Shown piece after piece: positions 9,341 through 17,772 of a stretch of 64,000 nucleotides of DNA. The translations under genes and the position numbers were made by a program. The first letter of the stretch is position 1. The number at the start of each line of letters is the position of its first letter. The notes beneath the pieces are model-generated. The model searched no databases, was not told the origin of the DNA, and was given only the letters and a program-made list of their open reading frames with translations. Origin of the DNA: an uncultured delta proteobacterium (GTDB taxonomy: Bacteria; Desulfobacterota; Deferrimicrobia; Deferrimicrobiales; Deferrimicrobiaceae); assembly GCA_963760885.1 (NCBI GenBank), contig CAVXEY010000007.1, forward strand, positions 136,883 through 200,882, read 5' to 3'.

Positions 9341-10549
9341 ATGACGAAGGCTTTTTTCGACCATATATCGACCACCCCGCTCGATCCCCGCGTCTTCGAG
9401 GCGATGCGTCCGTACTTTCTCGAATCGTACGGCAACCCGTCCTCCCACATCCACGACCAGGGGCAGGCGGCGCTTCGGGCGGTCGATCAGGCCAGGGGCG
9501 AGGTCGCGTCGCTGATCGGGGCGAAGGCGGGAGAGATCGTCTTCACCTCGGGGGCCACCGAGTCGAACAACCTCGCTGTCCTCGGCGCGGCGGAGGGCGC
9601 CGGCGCCGGGAAGCGGCACGTCGTCGTGTCGGATGTCGAGCACTTCTCCGTGATGAACGCATTGATCCCGCTGCGCAACGCGGGGTACGAGGTGACCATC
9701 CTCCCCGTGGACCGGAACGGGGTGGTCGACCCCGACGCCGTCCGGAAGGCGCTTCGGGCCGACACGGCGGTCCTCTCGGTGATGCACGCCAACTCCGAGA
9801 TCGGCACGATCGAGCCGGTCGGGCCGATCGGCCGGATCGCCAGGGAGGCGGGAGTCACGTTCCACGTCGATGCGACCGCGTCGGCGGGGCACATCCCCCT
9901 GGACGTCCGGGAGATCCCCGCGGATCTCGTCACCCTCTCGGCGCACAATTTCTACGGGCCGAAAGGGGCCGGCGCGTTGTACCTCCGCGAGGGGACGAAG
10001 GTGGCGCCGCGGACGTTCGGCGGGTTCCAGGAGATGGGCTACCGGGCCGGGACCGAAAATGTCCCCGCCGTGGTGGGGATGGGCTCGGCGGCGATCCTCG
10101 CGGGCAGGGAGATGGGGGCGTGGGCCGGGCATCTCTCCCGCCTGGGGAAGACCCTGTGGGACGGCCTGGCCGCGATCCCGATGCTCCACTACACCGGGCA
10201 CCCTTCCGAGCGTCTTCCCGGGCACGTCTCGTTCTGGGTGGAGCATGTCGAGGGGGAATCGCTCCTCCTGTTCCTCAACATGAAGGGGGTCATGGCCGCG
10301 TCCGGATCCGCATGCAGTTCCAACCTGCGGGGGCACGACGAGGAGGATCTCGTGGCCTCCCCCGTCCTCCGGGCGATCGGAGTGCCGAGCGACATCTGCA
10401 CCGGATCGATCACCTTCAGTCTCGGGAAGGGGAACACCGCGGACGAGGTCCGTTCGGCCCTCGACGCGATGCCCGGCATCGTGGAACGGCTCAGGGAGAT
10501 GTCCCCGACGTATCTCGACTACCAGAAGCAGCAAATCAAGGGAGGATGA
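9341..10549 (+). CDS. nifS: cysteine desulfurase (NifS/IscS family)
   Basis: 402 aa. Class-V aminotransferase pattern: TSGATESNN, the PLP Lys region SAHNFYGPKGAGAL, and the active-site Cys in SGSACSS. Confidence 0.9.
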   Translation: MTKAFFDHISTTPLDPRVFEAMRPYFLESYGNPSSHIHDQGQAALRAVDQARGEVASLIGAKAGEIVFTSGATESNNLAVLGAAEGAGAGKRHVVVSDVEHFSVMNALIPLRNAGYEVTILPVDRNGVVDPDAVRKALRADTAVLSVMHANSEIGTIEPVGPIGRIAREAGVTFHVDATASAGHIPLDVREIPADLVTLSAHNFYGPKGAGALYLREGTKVAPRTFGGFQEMGYRAGTENVPAVVGMGSAAILAGREMGAWAGHLSRLGKTLWDGLAAIPMLHYTGHPSERLPGHVSFWVEHVEGESLLLFLNMKGVMAASGSACSSNLRGHDEEDLVASPVLRAIGVPSDICTGSITFSLGKGNTADEVRSALDAMPGIVERLREMSPTYLDYQKQQIKGG

Positions 10550-10556
10550 CCGGATC

Positions 10557-10940
10557 ATGGCGGCGGGACCCTATAGCGAAAAGGTGATGGACCACTTCAT
10601 GAACCCCCGGAACGTGGGGGAGATCGAGAGTGCCGACGGCGTCGGCGAGGTCGGCAACCCCGCCTGCGGCGACATGATGCGCCTCTACCTCAAGATCGAC
10701 GGGGGGAGGGTCGTGGACGCGAAGTTCCGGACGTTCGGGTGCGGTGCGGCGATCGCCTCCAGCTCGATGCTGACGGAGATGATCAAGGGGAAGACCGTGG
10801 ATGAGGCCCGCGCGATCACGAACGAGCACGTCGCGGACGCGCTCGACGGGCTGCCGGCCGTCAAGATCCACTGCTCCGTGATGGCGGAACAGGCGGTGAA
10901 ATCCGCCCTCGACGACTACGCCAAAAAGCACGCCGGCTGA
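10557..10940 (+). CDS. iscU: Fe-S cluster scaffold IscU/NifU N-terminal domain
   Basis: GNPACGDMMRLYL, FRTFGCGAAIASS and HCSVMAEQA are the three conserved IscU Cys motifs. Confidence 0.9.
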   Translation: MAAGPYSEKVMDHFMNPRNVGEIESADGVGEVGNPACGDMMRLYLKIDGGRVVDAKFRTFGCGAAIASSSMLTEMIKGKTVDEARAITNEHVADALDGLPAVKIHCSVMAEQAVKSALDDYAKKHAG

Positions 10941-11010
10941 AAAGATTCCCCGGTTTCCCGGCACGCCCGAGGCGCTCCGAACCTTACACATCCCGCTGGA
11001 GGGTATCGAG

Positions 11011-11208
11011 ATGCCCGTAAACCCGATGGACGTGATCCTGATGGCCCTGGAACGCGAGAAGAACGCGTACCGGAACTACACGGAGTATGCGCGGATCGCC
11101 ACGCAGCCGGAGATCCGGGAGCTGTTCCGGTATCTCGCCGAAGAGGAGAAGAAGCACGTGAAACTCCTCTCCGACGAGATCGAGAAGGAAACGCACCAGG
11201 AGATGTAG
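11011..11208 (+). CDS. small ferritin-like (E...EXXH) protein, copy 2
   Basis: 65 aa: LEREKNAYRNYTEY...YLAEEEKKHVKLL. Paralogous to the ORF at 9121..9318. Confidence 0.6.
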   Translation: MPVNPMDVILMALEREKNAYRNYTEYARIATQPEIRELFRYLAEEEKKHVKLLSDEIEKETHQEM

Positions 11209-11212
11209 CCCG

Positions 11213-12676
11213 GTGCACCCGCGCGACGGGATGCGCCTCATCCTTTACGACAGCGCATCCAGGGGGAACGTACCCTTCGCGCCCGCGGACCCGGAGCGGG
11301 TCCGCATCTATACCTGCGGTCCCACCGTCTACCGGTACGCCCACATCGGGAACCTCCGAACCTACCTCCTCACCGACCTCCTCGTTCGTACCTTGCGCTT
11401 CCTCGGGTACGGAACGTTCGCCGTCCAGAACATCACCGACATGGGGCACATGCACCAGGAGCGATTGGAGGCGGGCGAAGACAAGGTGATCGCCGCCGCC
11501 CGCGCGGCCGGGAAGTCGGGTCGGGAGATCGCGCGATTCTTCACGGAGGCGTTCTTCCGAGACTGCGGCCGCATGGCGTTCCTGCCGGCGGACGCTTACC
11601 CGAGGGCCTCGGAGCACGTTCCGGAGATGATCGCGCTCGTGCGCGCCCTCGAGGAGCGTGGGGCCGTCTACGGGGGGGGCGGGTACCTCTACTTCGATGT
11701 GATGAATGCGCCCGGATACGGGATCTTCTCCGGTGCACGCCTCGGGGAGGGGGAGGCCGCGGTGCGCACGGACGAGACGATCCATCGGCACAAGAAGCGC
11801 CCGGAAGATTTCACGCTCTGGATGCCGGCCGAGCCCGACAGGGAGTTCCAGTGGGAGAGCCGCTGGGGCGCGGGTTGGCCGGGATGGCACATCGAGTGCG
11901 CGGCGATGGCGATCCGGCATCTCGGGCCGGAATTCGATGTCCACGTCGGAGGCGTCGACCTCCGTTTCCCGCATCACGAGAACTCCCGGGCGGTGGCGAT
12001 GACAGCGACCGGGAAAAAGTTCGCGGCTCTCTGGCTGCACGCCGCGCACCTGCTGGTCGACGGGAAGAAGATGTCCAAGTCCACCGGAAACGAGCACACG
12101 CTGGATGATCTCGCCGCTCGTCCCCGGGCCCTCGGAGATGGGTACTCCCCGGCCGACTTCCGGTACTATTGCCTCACACTTCACTACTCCTCGCCGATGA
12201 ACTTCACCTGGGAGGGGCAGGAGGCGGCCGCCCGGGCGCGCTCCCGCCTGCGGGCCGCTTTCCGACGGGCGGCTCTGCACGCGACGTCGGGAGAAGACGC
12301 CGCGGCGGCGTTGCGAGCGGAGTTTCGCGGCGCGATCTCGGACGACCTGAACATGCCGCGCGCTCTCGCCGTGGTCCACAAGGCGGTCCGGTCGGGGATC
12401 GGAGGGGACGCGGCCCGGGGGCTCGCCACGGAGTGGGACGCGGTCCTCGGCGTGGGCCTGCTCTCCGAAGCGGACGGCAGCGAGGGGAACGGCGTCCGCG
12501 AAGGGGAGGCGGAAACGATCCCGGTCGAGGTCGCGTCGATGGCCCGGGAACGGGAGACCCGGCGTCGGACGCGCGATTACGCGGCGGCGGACGCGCTTCG
12601 GGAAAAGATCCGGTCCGCGGGGTACGAAGTGGTGGACGCGGCGGAGGGAACCGTGGTTCTTCGGAATATCCAGTAG
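11213..12676 (+). CDS. cysS: cysteinyl-tRNA synthetase
   Basis: HIGN (HIGH) motif, KMSKS motif, CysRS-type zinc Cys (YTCGPTVY). The start may be GTG at 11213 or ATG at 11231. Confidence 0.9.
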   Translation: MHPRDGMRLILYDSASRGNVPFAPADPERVRIYTCGPTVYRYAHIGNLRTYLLTDLLVRTLRFLGYGTFAVQNITDMGHMHQERLEAGEDKVIAAARAAGKSGREIARFFTEAFFRDCGRMAFLPADAYPRASEHVPEMIALVRALEERGAVYGGGGYLYFDVMNAPGYGIFSGARLGEGEAAVRTDETIHRHKKRPEDFTLWMPAEPDREFQWESRWGAGWPGWHIECAAMAIRHLGPEFDVHVGGVDLRFPHHENSRAVAMTATGKKFAALWLHAAHLLVDGKKMSKSTGNEHTLDDLAARPRALGDGYSPADFRYYCLTLHYSSPMNFTWEGQEAAARARSRLRAAFRRAALHATSGEDAAAALRAEFRGAISDDLNMPRALAVVHKAVRSGIGGDAARGLATEWDAVLGVGLLSEADGSEGNGVREGEAETIPVEVASMARERETRRRTRDYAAADALREKIRSAGYEVVDAAEGTVVLRNIQ

Positions 12677-12696
12677 ACCCGCAGGAGGTGGCACGG

Positions 12697-13674
12697 ATGG
12701 GACCGGTTCGGAACGTGGATGACCTGATGGCGCTCGGGCACGGCTACCAGCGAGCGATGATCCTGTTCGCCGCGCTGAAGCTCGGGGTGTTCCGGGGGCT
12801 TGCGGGCGGGGGATGCGACGCACCCGCGCTGGCGCGCCGGGTCGGCGCCGACCCGGGGAAGCTCTCCATCCTCCTCGACGCGCTCGCGACCCAGGGGCTG
12901 GTCGGGAAAAAGGGGAACAAATACCGGAACGCGCCGGCCGCGCGGGACCTCCTGCTCCCGGGGCCCCGTTCGATGGAGTCCATCCTCCTGCACCTCCTCG
13001 ACGGGTGGGGGGAATGGGGCCGCCTTCCCGCCACGGTACGGGCGGGGCGGACGCCTCGCGGAGGTGTGGAGGGGAACCTGCAGGAGAACTTCATTCGCGG
13101 GATGGAGGAAAACGCCCGCGAGCGGGCGGCGGCCGTGGCCCGGCAGATTCCTCTCCGCGGCGGGGACCGTCTCCTCGACCTCGGGGGCGGCCCGGGGTCG
13201 TATGCCCTCGCGTGGGCCGACGCCTGCCCGGGCGCGGAGATCACCGTCTTCGATACGCCGGCGACGCTGCGGGTCACGCGGAAGATCCTTCGGGAGAAGG
13301 GCGCGTACGGGCGGGTGCGCCTGGCGGAGGGGGATTTCCTCAAGGACCCTCTCGGCGGACCGTACGATTTCGTGTGGATCTCCCAGATCCTGCACGCCTA
13401 CTCCGAATCGGACTGCGTGAAACTGCTCCGCCGGGCGCGCTCCGCCCTGGTCCCGGGCGGGCGGGTGGCGGTCCAGGAGTTCCTGCTGGCGGAGGGGAAG
13501 ACCTCCCCGCCGGGACCGGTCTTCTTTTCCGTCCACATGGTGGCGGTGACCGAGGGCGGAAGGGCGTACACGGCCCGGGAGATCACGGCGATGATGAGGA
13601 CGGCGGGATTCCGGAAGCTCTCCGCCGATCCGCCGGACCCGCGGGGCGTCGGCATCGTGCGGGGGGGCGCGTGA
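12697..13674 (+). CDS. class I SAM-dependent O-methyltransferase (N-terminal dimerisation domain plus MTase)
   Basis: LDLGGGPGSYA SAM-binding motif. O-MTase-like layout. RBS GCAGGAGGTG. Confidence 0.75.
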   Translation: MGPVRNVDDLMALGHGYQRAMILFAALKLGVFRGLAGGGCDAPALARRVGADPGKLSILLDALATQGLVGKKGNKYRNAPAARDLLLPGPRSMESILLHLLDGWGEWGRLPATVRAGRTPRGGVEGNLQENFIRGMEENARERAAAVARQIPLRGGDRLLDLGGGPGSYALAWADACPGAEITVFDTPATLRVTRKILREKGAYGRVRLAEGDFLKDPLGGPYDFVWISQILHAYSESDCVKLLRRARSALVPGGRVAVQEFLLAEGKTSPPGPVFFSVHMVAVTEGGRAYTAREITAMMRTAGFRKLSADPPDPRGVGIVRGGA

Positions 13675-14560
13675 ACCGCCGCACGCCGCTCGGCAAAGGG
13701 GCGCTGAATCGTATCAGGGGCGCACAACAAGAATGGAACAGGAAGACTCGTCCCGATCGATTGCCGCAATGGCGATCCGCATCTTGTTTTATTTTGGCAT
13801 TTCCTCCATGGAGGGAAGGTGTGATGACAAGCGAATTGCGGATCCGGATCCCGGTTGCCGGATGCGAAAACGATGGCGGTTCGCCCCTCACCCTGCATAT
13901 CTGCGCAGGGCAGCACCCTCGGGGGAGGTTCCAGAAATAACGTATATATTTCGAATAATTTCATTAATATAGCGACTCAACCGCGTGCTCTCGACATTTT
14001 CGGATTCTCTTTGACCCTCGGAACGGGGGCGGGGAAAAACGGGTGATGAGATATTCGATGGCCTGTTGAGTTTTACAACACAAATTTTCGTTACGAATGC
14101 AATACGCATTTCCGCTGATTTCGGGGTGCAAAAATATTCCGCATCCAAAGATTTCCCGCCATCGAATCATTCGTGTGGCAATCCACCAGATAATTCATTA
14201 AATATCCGCATGTTGAACGGTGTCATGGATCCGGAATCCACCTCTGTGGCAATGAATGCGGTCGCCATGCGGCTGGAAGGGGGAATGTAGAAAAATTATA
14301 GTACTGTAGAATATTTCTATTATAGTATTCTTAAAAATATCGGTAGTAGCGGCATCATCTTCCACTTCATCCCATAAAATGATATTATTTCAAAAATAAA
14401 ATAATGTATCGGTGAAAATTATTTCGTAGTAAGCAGAATCGTCATAATTCCTTAATTTTGTCAATATCATTCAAGTCTTATATTGTAACAATAAAACATT
14501 ATTTTAATGTATTCGTATAATGGAAATAAATTATTTGTATGTCGTTTTGCTGAATTTGTA

Positions 14561-14589
14561 TTGACAGATACTGGAATTGTGCGTAGTTT
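14561..14589 (+). promoter_or_regulatory. sigma70-like promoter candidate inside the AT-rich island (TTGACA-17 nt-TAGTTT)
   Basis: Perfect -35 hexamer TTGACA, 17-nt spacer and TAGTTT -10, about 160 nt upstream of the hdrA-like gene. Confidence 0.4.
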
Positions 14590-14601
14590 GAAAATTATGA
14601 T

Positions 14602-14640
14602 GGTCAGGCCAATTCATGATGAAGGTCAGTCCAATTCATG
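14602..14640 (+). repeat. 17-nt direct repeat (GGTCAGGCCAATTCATG / GGTCAGTCCAATTCATG) with 22-nt periodicity
   Basis: Two copies with one mismatch, lying directly downstream of the candidate -10. Candidate operator or activator site. Confidence 0.5.
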
Positions 14641-14747
14641 CGGGAAAATCCCGGGAACTTCCTTCCATTACTTCGGAGCGTGACCGCGGACCACGGTATA
14701 GCGACTGTCAACCCCGATCAGAGCGGTACCGAACGAGGTAAAGCGCG

Positions 14748-16568
14748 ATGGTCAACGAATTGAGAACGGGCGTCTACATCTGCCAGGCAGGGATCGGCGG
14801 CGCCAACGACGTCGACCTGAAAAAAGTCGTCCGATACGCAGAAAGTCTCCCCAATGTCATAAAGGTTGGAATTCTGGGCGAGAATCCGAGACTCGATCCC
14901 GTTGTCCTCGCCCAGGAGATCCGGAACGACGAAATCGAGCGGATCGTCGTTGCGGGAGACTCTTCGGGGTACTTCAAGCCGGCCTTCACGTGCGCGATGG
15001 TTCAGGCGGGAGGCGATCCGGGCAACGTACTGGTTGCATCGTTCCTCGGAAACGGCGCCTCCGGACTGAACTCGACCGAACGTGCCAAGGGCGTAGTGGC
15101 CTGCTCCGTCTACGGCGTTCCCTTCGGACTGGCGGCGGTTCCGCAGTACGCGGCGGTTCACCCCGATACGCTCGTGATCGGCGGGGGCGTTGGCGGCATT
15201 CAGGCCGCCCTGGAAATCGCCGATGCCGGGAAGAAGGTCTTCCTCGTCGAGAAAAGCGGCACCATCGGCGGCCACATGGCGATGTTCGACAAGACCTTCC
15301 CGACCCTCGACTGCGCCGCCTGCATCCTGACCCCCAAGATGGTCGCTGTCGGTCAGCACAAGATGATCGACCTGATGACGTACTCCGAGGTCCAGGAGGT
15401 GACCGGATCGCCGGGGGCCTACAAGGTCAAGGTCCGAAGGTTCGCACGCCGCGTCGACGAAATCGCCTGCGTGGCCTGCAACGCCTGCTCCGAGGTCTGC
15501 CCGACCAGCGTTCCGAGCGAATTCGACGCCGGGATCAGCATGAGAAAGGCGATCTACGTTCCCTTCCCCCAGGCGGTGCCCAACTCTTTCCTGGTCGACG
15601 GCGATTCATGCCTCTACGTGCAGAGCGGCGGAAAGAAGTGCGGGGCGTGCGTCAAGAAGTGCGCGAAGGAAGCCATCCACCTCGACGACGAGGACCAGAT
15701 CGTCGAACTGACGGTCGGCAACATCGTCGTCGCTACCGGCTACGCCCCCTTCGACGCCAGGAGGATCGAGCGATACGGGTACGGCGTTTATCCCAACGTC
15801 CTCACGTCCCTCGAATTCGAGCGCCTGACGAACGCATCGGGCCCGACCGGCGGGAACATCGTGATGAAGGCCCTGCGGCACAACAAGCGCAAGAAGGTCG
15901 ACGAGTGGGTTTTCTCTACCGAGAATCCCAAACCGAAAAGCGTGGCGATCATCCACTGCATCGGCTCGCGCGACGAGAATTACAACTCGTACTGCTCGCG
16001 GGTCTGCTGCATGTACTCGCTGAAGTTCGCCCATCTGGTCCGGGAAAAGCTGCCCGACGCCGCCTGCTACGAGTTCTACATCGACATGCGCGCGTACGGG
16101 AAGAACTACGAGGAGTTCTTCCAGCGGATCGGGGAGGAAGGAGTCTTCCTTGTACGCGGCCGCACGGGCAAGGTCGTCGAGCAGAGCGGAAAGATGAGTA
16201 TCAAGGGCGAGGACATCGTTGGAGACAAGGTGCTCGAGTTCCAGGTCGACATGGTGATCCTCTCCGTAGGTTTGGAGGCGTCGGCCGATGCGGAGCGCCT
16301 CTCGGGACTTCTCGGAATCGCGCGCGACAAGGACGGCTGGTTCGCGGAACGGGACTACAACGCCGATCCGACCGGCACGGAACGCGGGGGAATCTTCGTC
16401 GCCGGCGTTTGTCAGGGGCCGAAGGACATCCCCGACACCGTATCACAGGCCTCGGCGGCGGCGGCCCGGGTCCTCAAGAGCATCCTCAGCGGGCGAATTC
16501 AGGAGAGTCGGTCCGGGTTGACGCTTGCCGATATCGAATCGCGCATCCGTCGTCAGGCGCACGCATAA
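14748..16568 (+). CDS. hdrA: HdrA-like FAD/FeS flavoprotein (heterodisulfide reductase subunit A family) with a cysteine-poor N-terminal domain
   Basis: FAD fold LVIGGGVGGIQAALEIADAGKKVFLVEKSG. HdrA signature CSRVCC. Inserted ferredoxin CVACNACSEVCP. The N-domain reads YICQAGIGG where canonical HdrA has CxCG. Confidence 0.85.
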   Translation: MVNELRTGVYICQAGIGGANDVDLKKVVRYAESLPNVIKVGILGENPRLDPVVLAQEIRNDEIERIVVAGDSSGYFKPAFTCAMVQAGGDPGNVLVASFLGNGASGLNSTERAKGVVACSVYGVPFGLAAVPQYAAVHPDTLVIGGGVGGIQAALEIADAGKKVFLVEKSGTIGGHMAMFDKTFPTLDCAACILTPKMVAVGQHKMIDLMTYSEVQEVTGSPGAYKVKVRRFARRVDEIACVACNACSEVCPTSVPSEFDAGISMRKAIYVPFPQAVPNSFLVDGDSCLYVQSGGKKCGACVKKCAKEAIHLDDEDQIVELTVGNIVVATGYAPFDARRIERYGYGVYPNVLTSLEFERLTNASGPTGGNIVMKALRHNKRKKVDEWVFSTENPKPKSVAIIHCIGSRDENYNSYCSRVCCMYSLKFAHLVREKLPDAACYEFYIDMRAYGKNYEEFFQRIGEEGVFLVRGRTGKVVEQSGKMSIKGEDIVGDKVLEFQVDMVILSVGLEASADAERLSGLLGIARDKDGWFAERDYNADPTGTERGGIFVAGVCQGPKDIPDTVSQASAAAARVLKSILSGRIQESRSGLTLADIESRIRRQAHA

Positions 16569-16584
16569 CACGGAGGACATGGAC

Positions 16585-17760
16585 ATGACCGTCCGTTCGA
16601 ACCCCAAGCTGGTCGAGGAAGTGAGGCGCTACGGCGCAGAGGACGTGCTCAAGTGCTACCACTGCGGCAACTGCAGCGCGGTCTGTCCGTTCTCGAAAGA
16701 GCCCTTCATCTTTCCACGGAAGTCCATGCGGTATCTCCAGATGGGACTTACGGAGAAGCTCAAGGGCAACCTTGAGCCGTGGCTGTGCTACTACTGCGGC
16801 GAGTGCTCGGAGCAGTGCCCGCGCGAGGCGGAGCCGGGCGAGACGATGATGAGCATGCGCCGCTGGCTCACCTCGCGGTACGACTTCACGGGGATCTCCC
16901 GGCTGTTCTACCAGTCCTGGAAGGCCGAACTGGCGGCGATCCTCCTCATGGCGGCGCTGACGGGGTTGGGATTCACCCTGTTCGGGTTGAAATACGGGGG
17001 AGGGGATATCCGGGTCTACGCGGGTCCCAACGCCTTCCTGCCCAGCGAAAGCGTGCACATCTTTGACTGGATCATGGGCGGGGTCCTCGGGGGACTGCTC
17101 ATGATCAATTGCGCCCGGATGTGGTGGTTCACGACGGGGAAGAGCGATACGCTGGAAATCTCCCTCTTCTCCTACATAAAGCACGCGCTTCTGCTGCCAT
17201 GGCATTTCATGACCCAGAAGCGATACAGCGAATGCGGCAAGAAAGGGCCGTGGCTGGTCCACTTCATCCTGGTGTGGAGTTATCTCACGCTTCTGATCCT
17301 GATCATGTTCTTCCTGAACCGGATGCATCACGGGCCGGAGACGCTCTGGGACGTCCACGCCTTCGGATACCTGGCGACTGCCGGGCTTCTCGGAACGACC
17401 TTCTACGCGTTGCGAGGCCGCTGGAAAAAAACCGAAACCCATTACAAGCACTCCCATGAAACCGACATGATCTTCCTGTACCTGCTGCTGTACGTCGGCG
17501 GGACAGGGATCCTGCAGAACATCCTTTACCGGGCCTTCGGCCTCGAAACCGCGGCCAACATCGTCTACATCGTGCACATGATGGGCGTCGTGCCGATGCT
17601 GACCCTCGAGGTTCCCTTCAGCAAGTGGGGCCACCTTGCCTACCGGCCCCTCGCGATGTACCTCTCCCGTCTTCATGTCGATGCGATAACGGCGAGGGAG
17701 GGCGCTTTAGAGCGGGCAAAGATCCCCGCGATGATGGCGCAGAAGCAGATGACCGCGTAG
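16585..17760 (+). CDS. QmoC-like protein: HdrC-type di-[4Fe-4S] domain fused to a multi-TM cytochrome-b-like (HdrE/NarI-like) membrane domain
   Basis: CYHCGNCSAVCP and CYYCGECSEQCP motifs, then about 6 TM helices with conserved His pairs. RBS GGAGGA 7 nt upstream of the ATG at 16585. Alternative ATG at 16579. Confidence 0.8.
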   Translation: MTVRSNPKLVEEVRRYGAEDVLKCYHCGNCSAVCPFSKEPFIFPRKSMRYLQMGLTEKLKGNLEPWLCYYCGECSEQCPREAEPGETMMSMRRWLTSRYDFTGISRLFYQSWKAELAAILLMAALTGLGFTLFGLKYGGGDIRVYAGPNAFLPSESVHIFDWIMGGVLGGLLMINCARMWWFTTGKSDTLEISLFSYIKHALLLPWHFMTQKRYSECGKKGPWLVHFILVWSYLTLLILIMFFLNRMHHGPETLWDVHAFGYLATAGLLGTTFYALRGRWKKTETHYKHSHETDMIFLYLLLYVGGTGILQNILYRAFGLETAANIVYIVHMMGVVPMLTLEVPFSKWGHLAYRPLAMYLSRLHVDAITAREGALERAKIPAMMAQKQMTA

Positions 17761-17772
17761 CCGGAGGAACGC

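Noticed and set aside
12169-13674. 501-aa ORF upstream-extended version of the O-methyltransferase
   Set aside because: The N-terminal 176 aa overlap the cysS 3' end out of frame and are low-complexity. A good RBS precedes the ATG at 12697.
13733-14290. Short ORFs inside the AT-rich island (13733..13972 +, 13888..14148 -, 13964..14170 -, 14066..14290 +)
   Set aside because: There is no RBS, no recognisable domain, conflicting overlaps and atypical amino-acid composition. They are more likely non-coding, although a small protein or ncRNA cannot be excluded without expression data.
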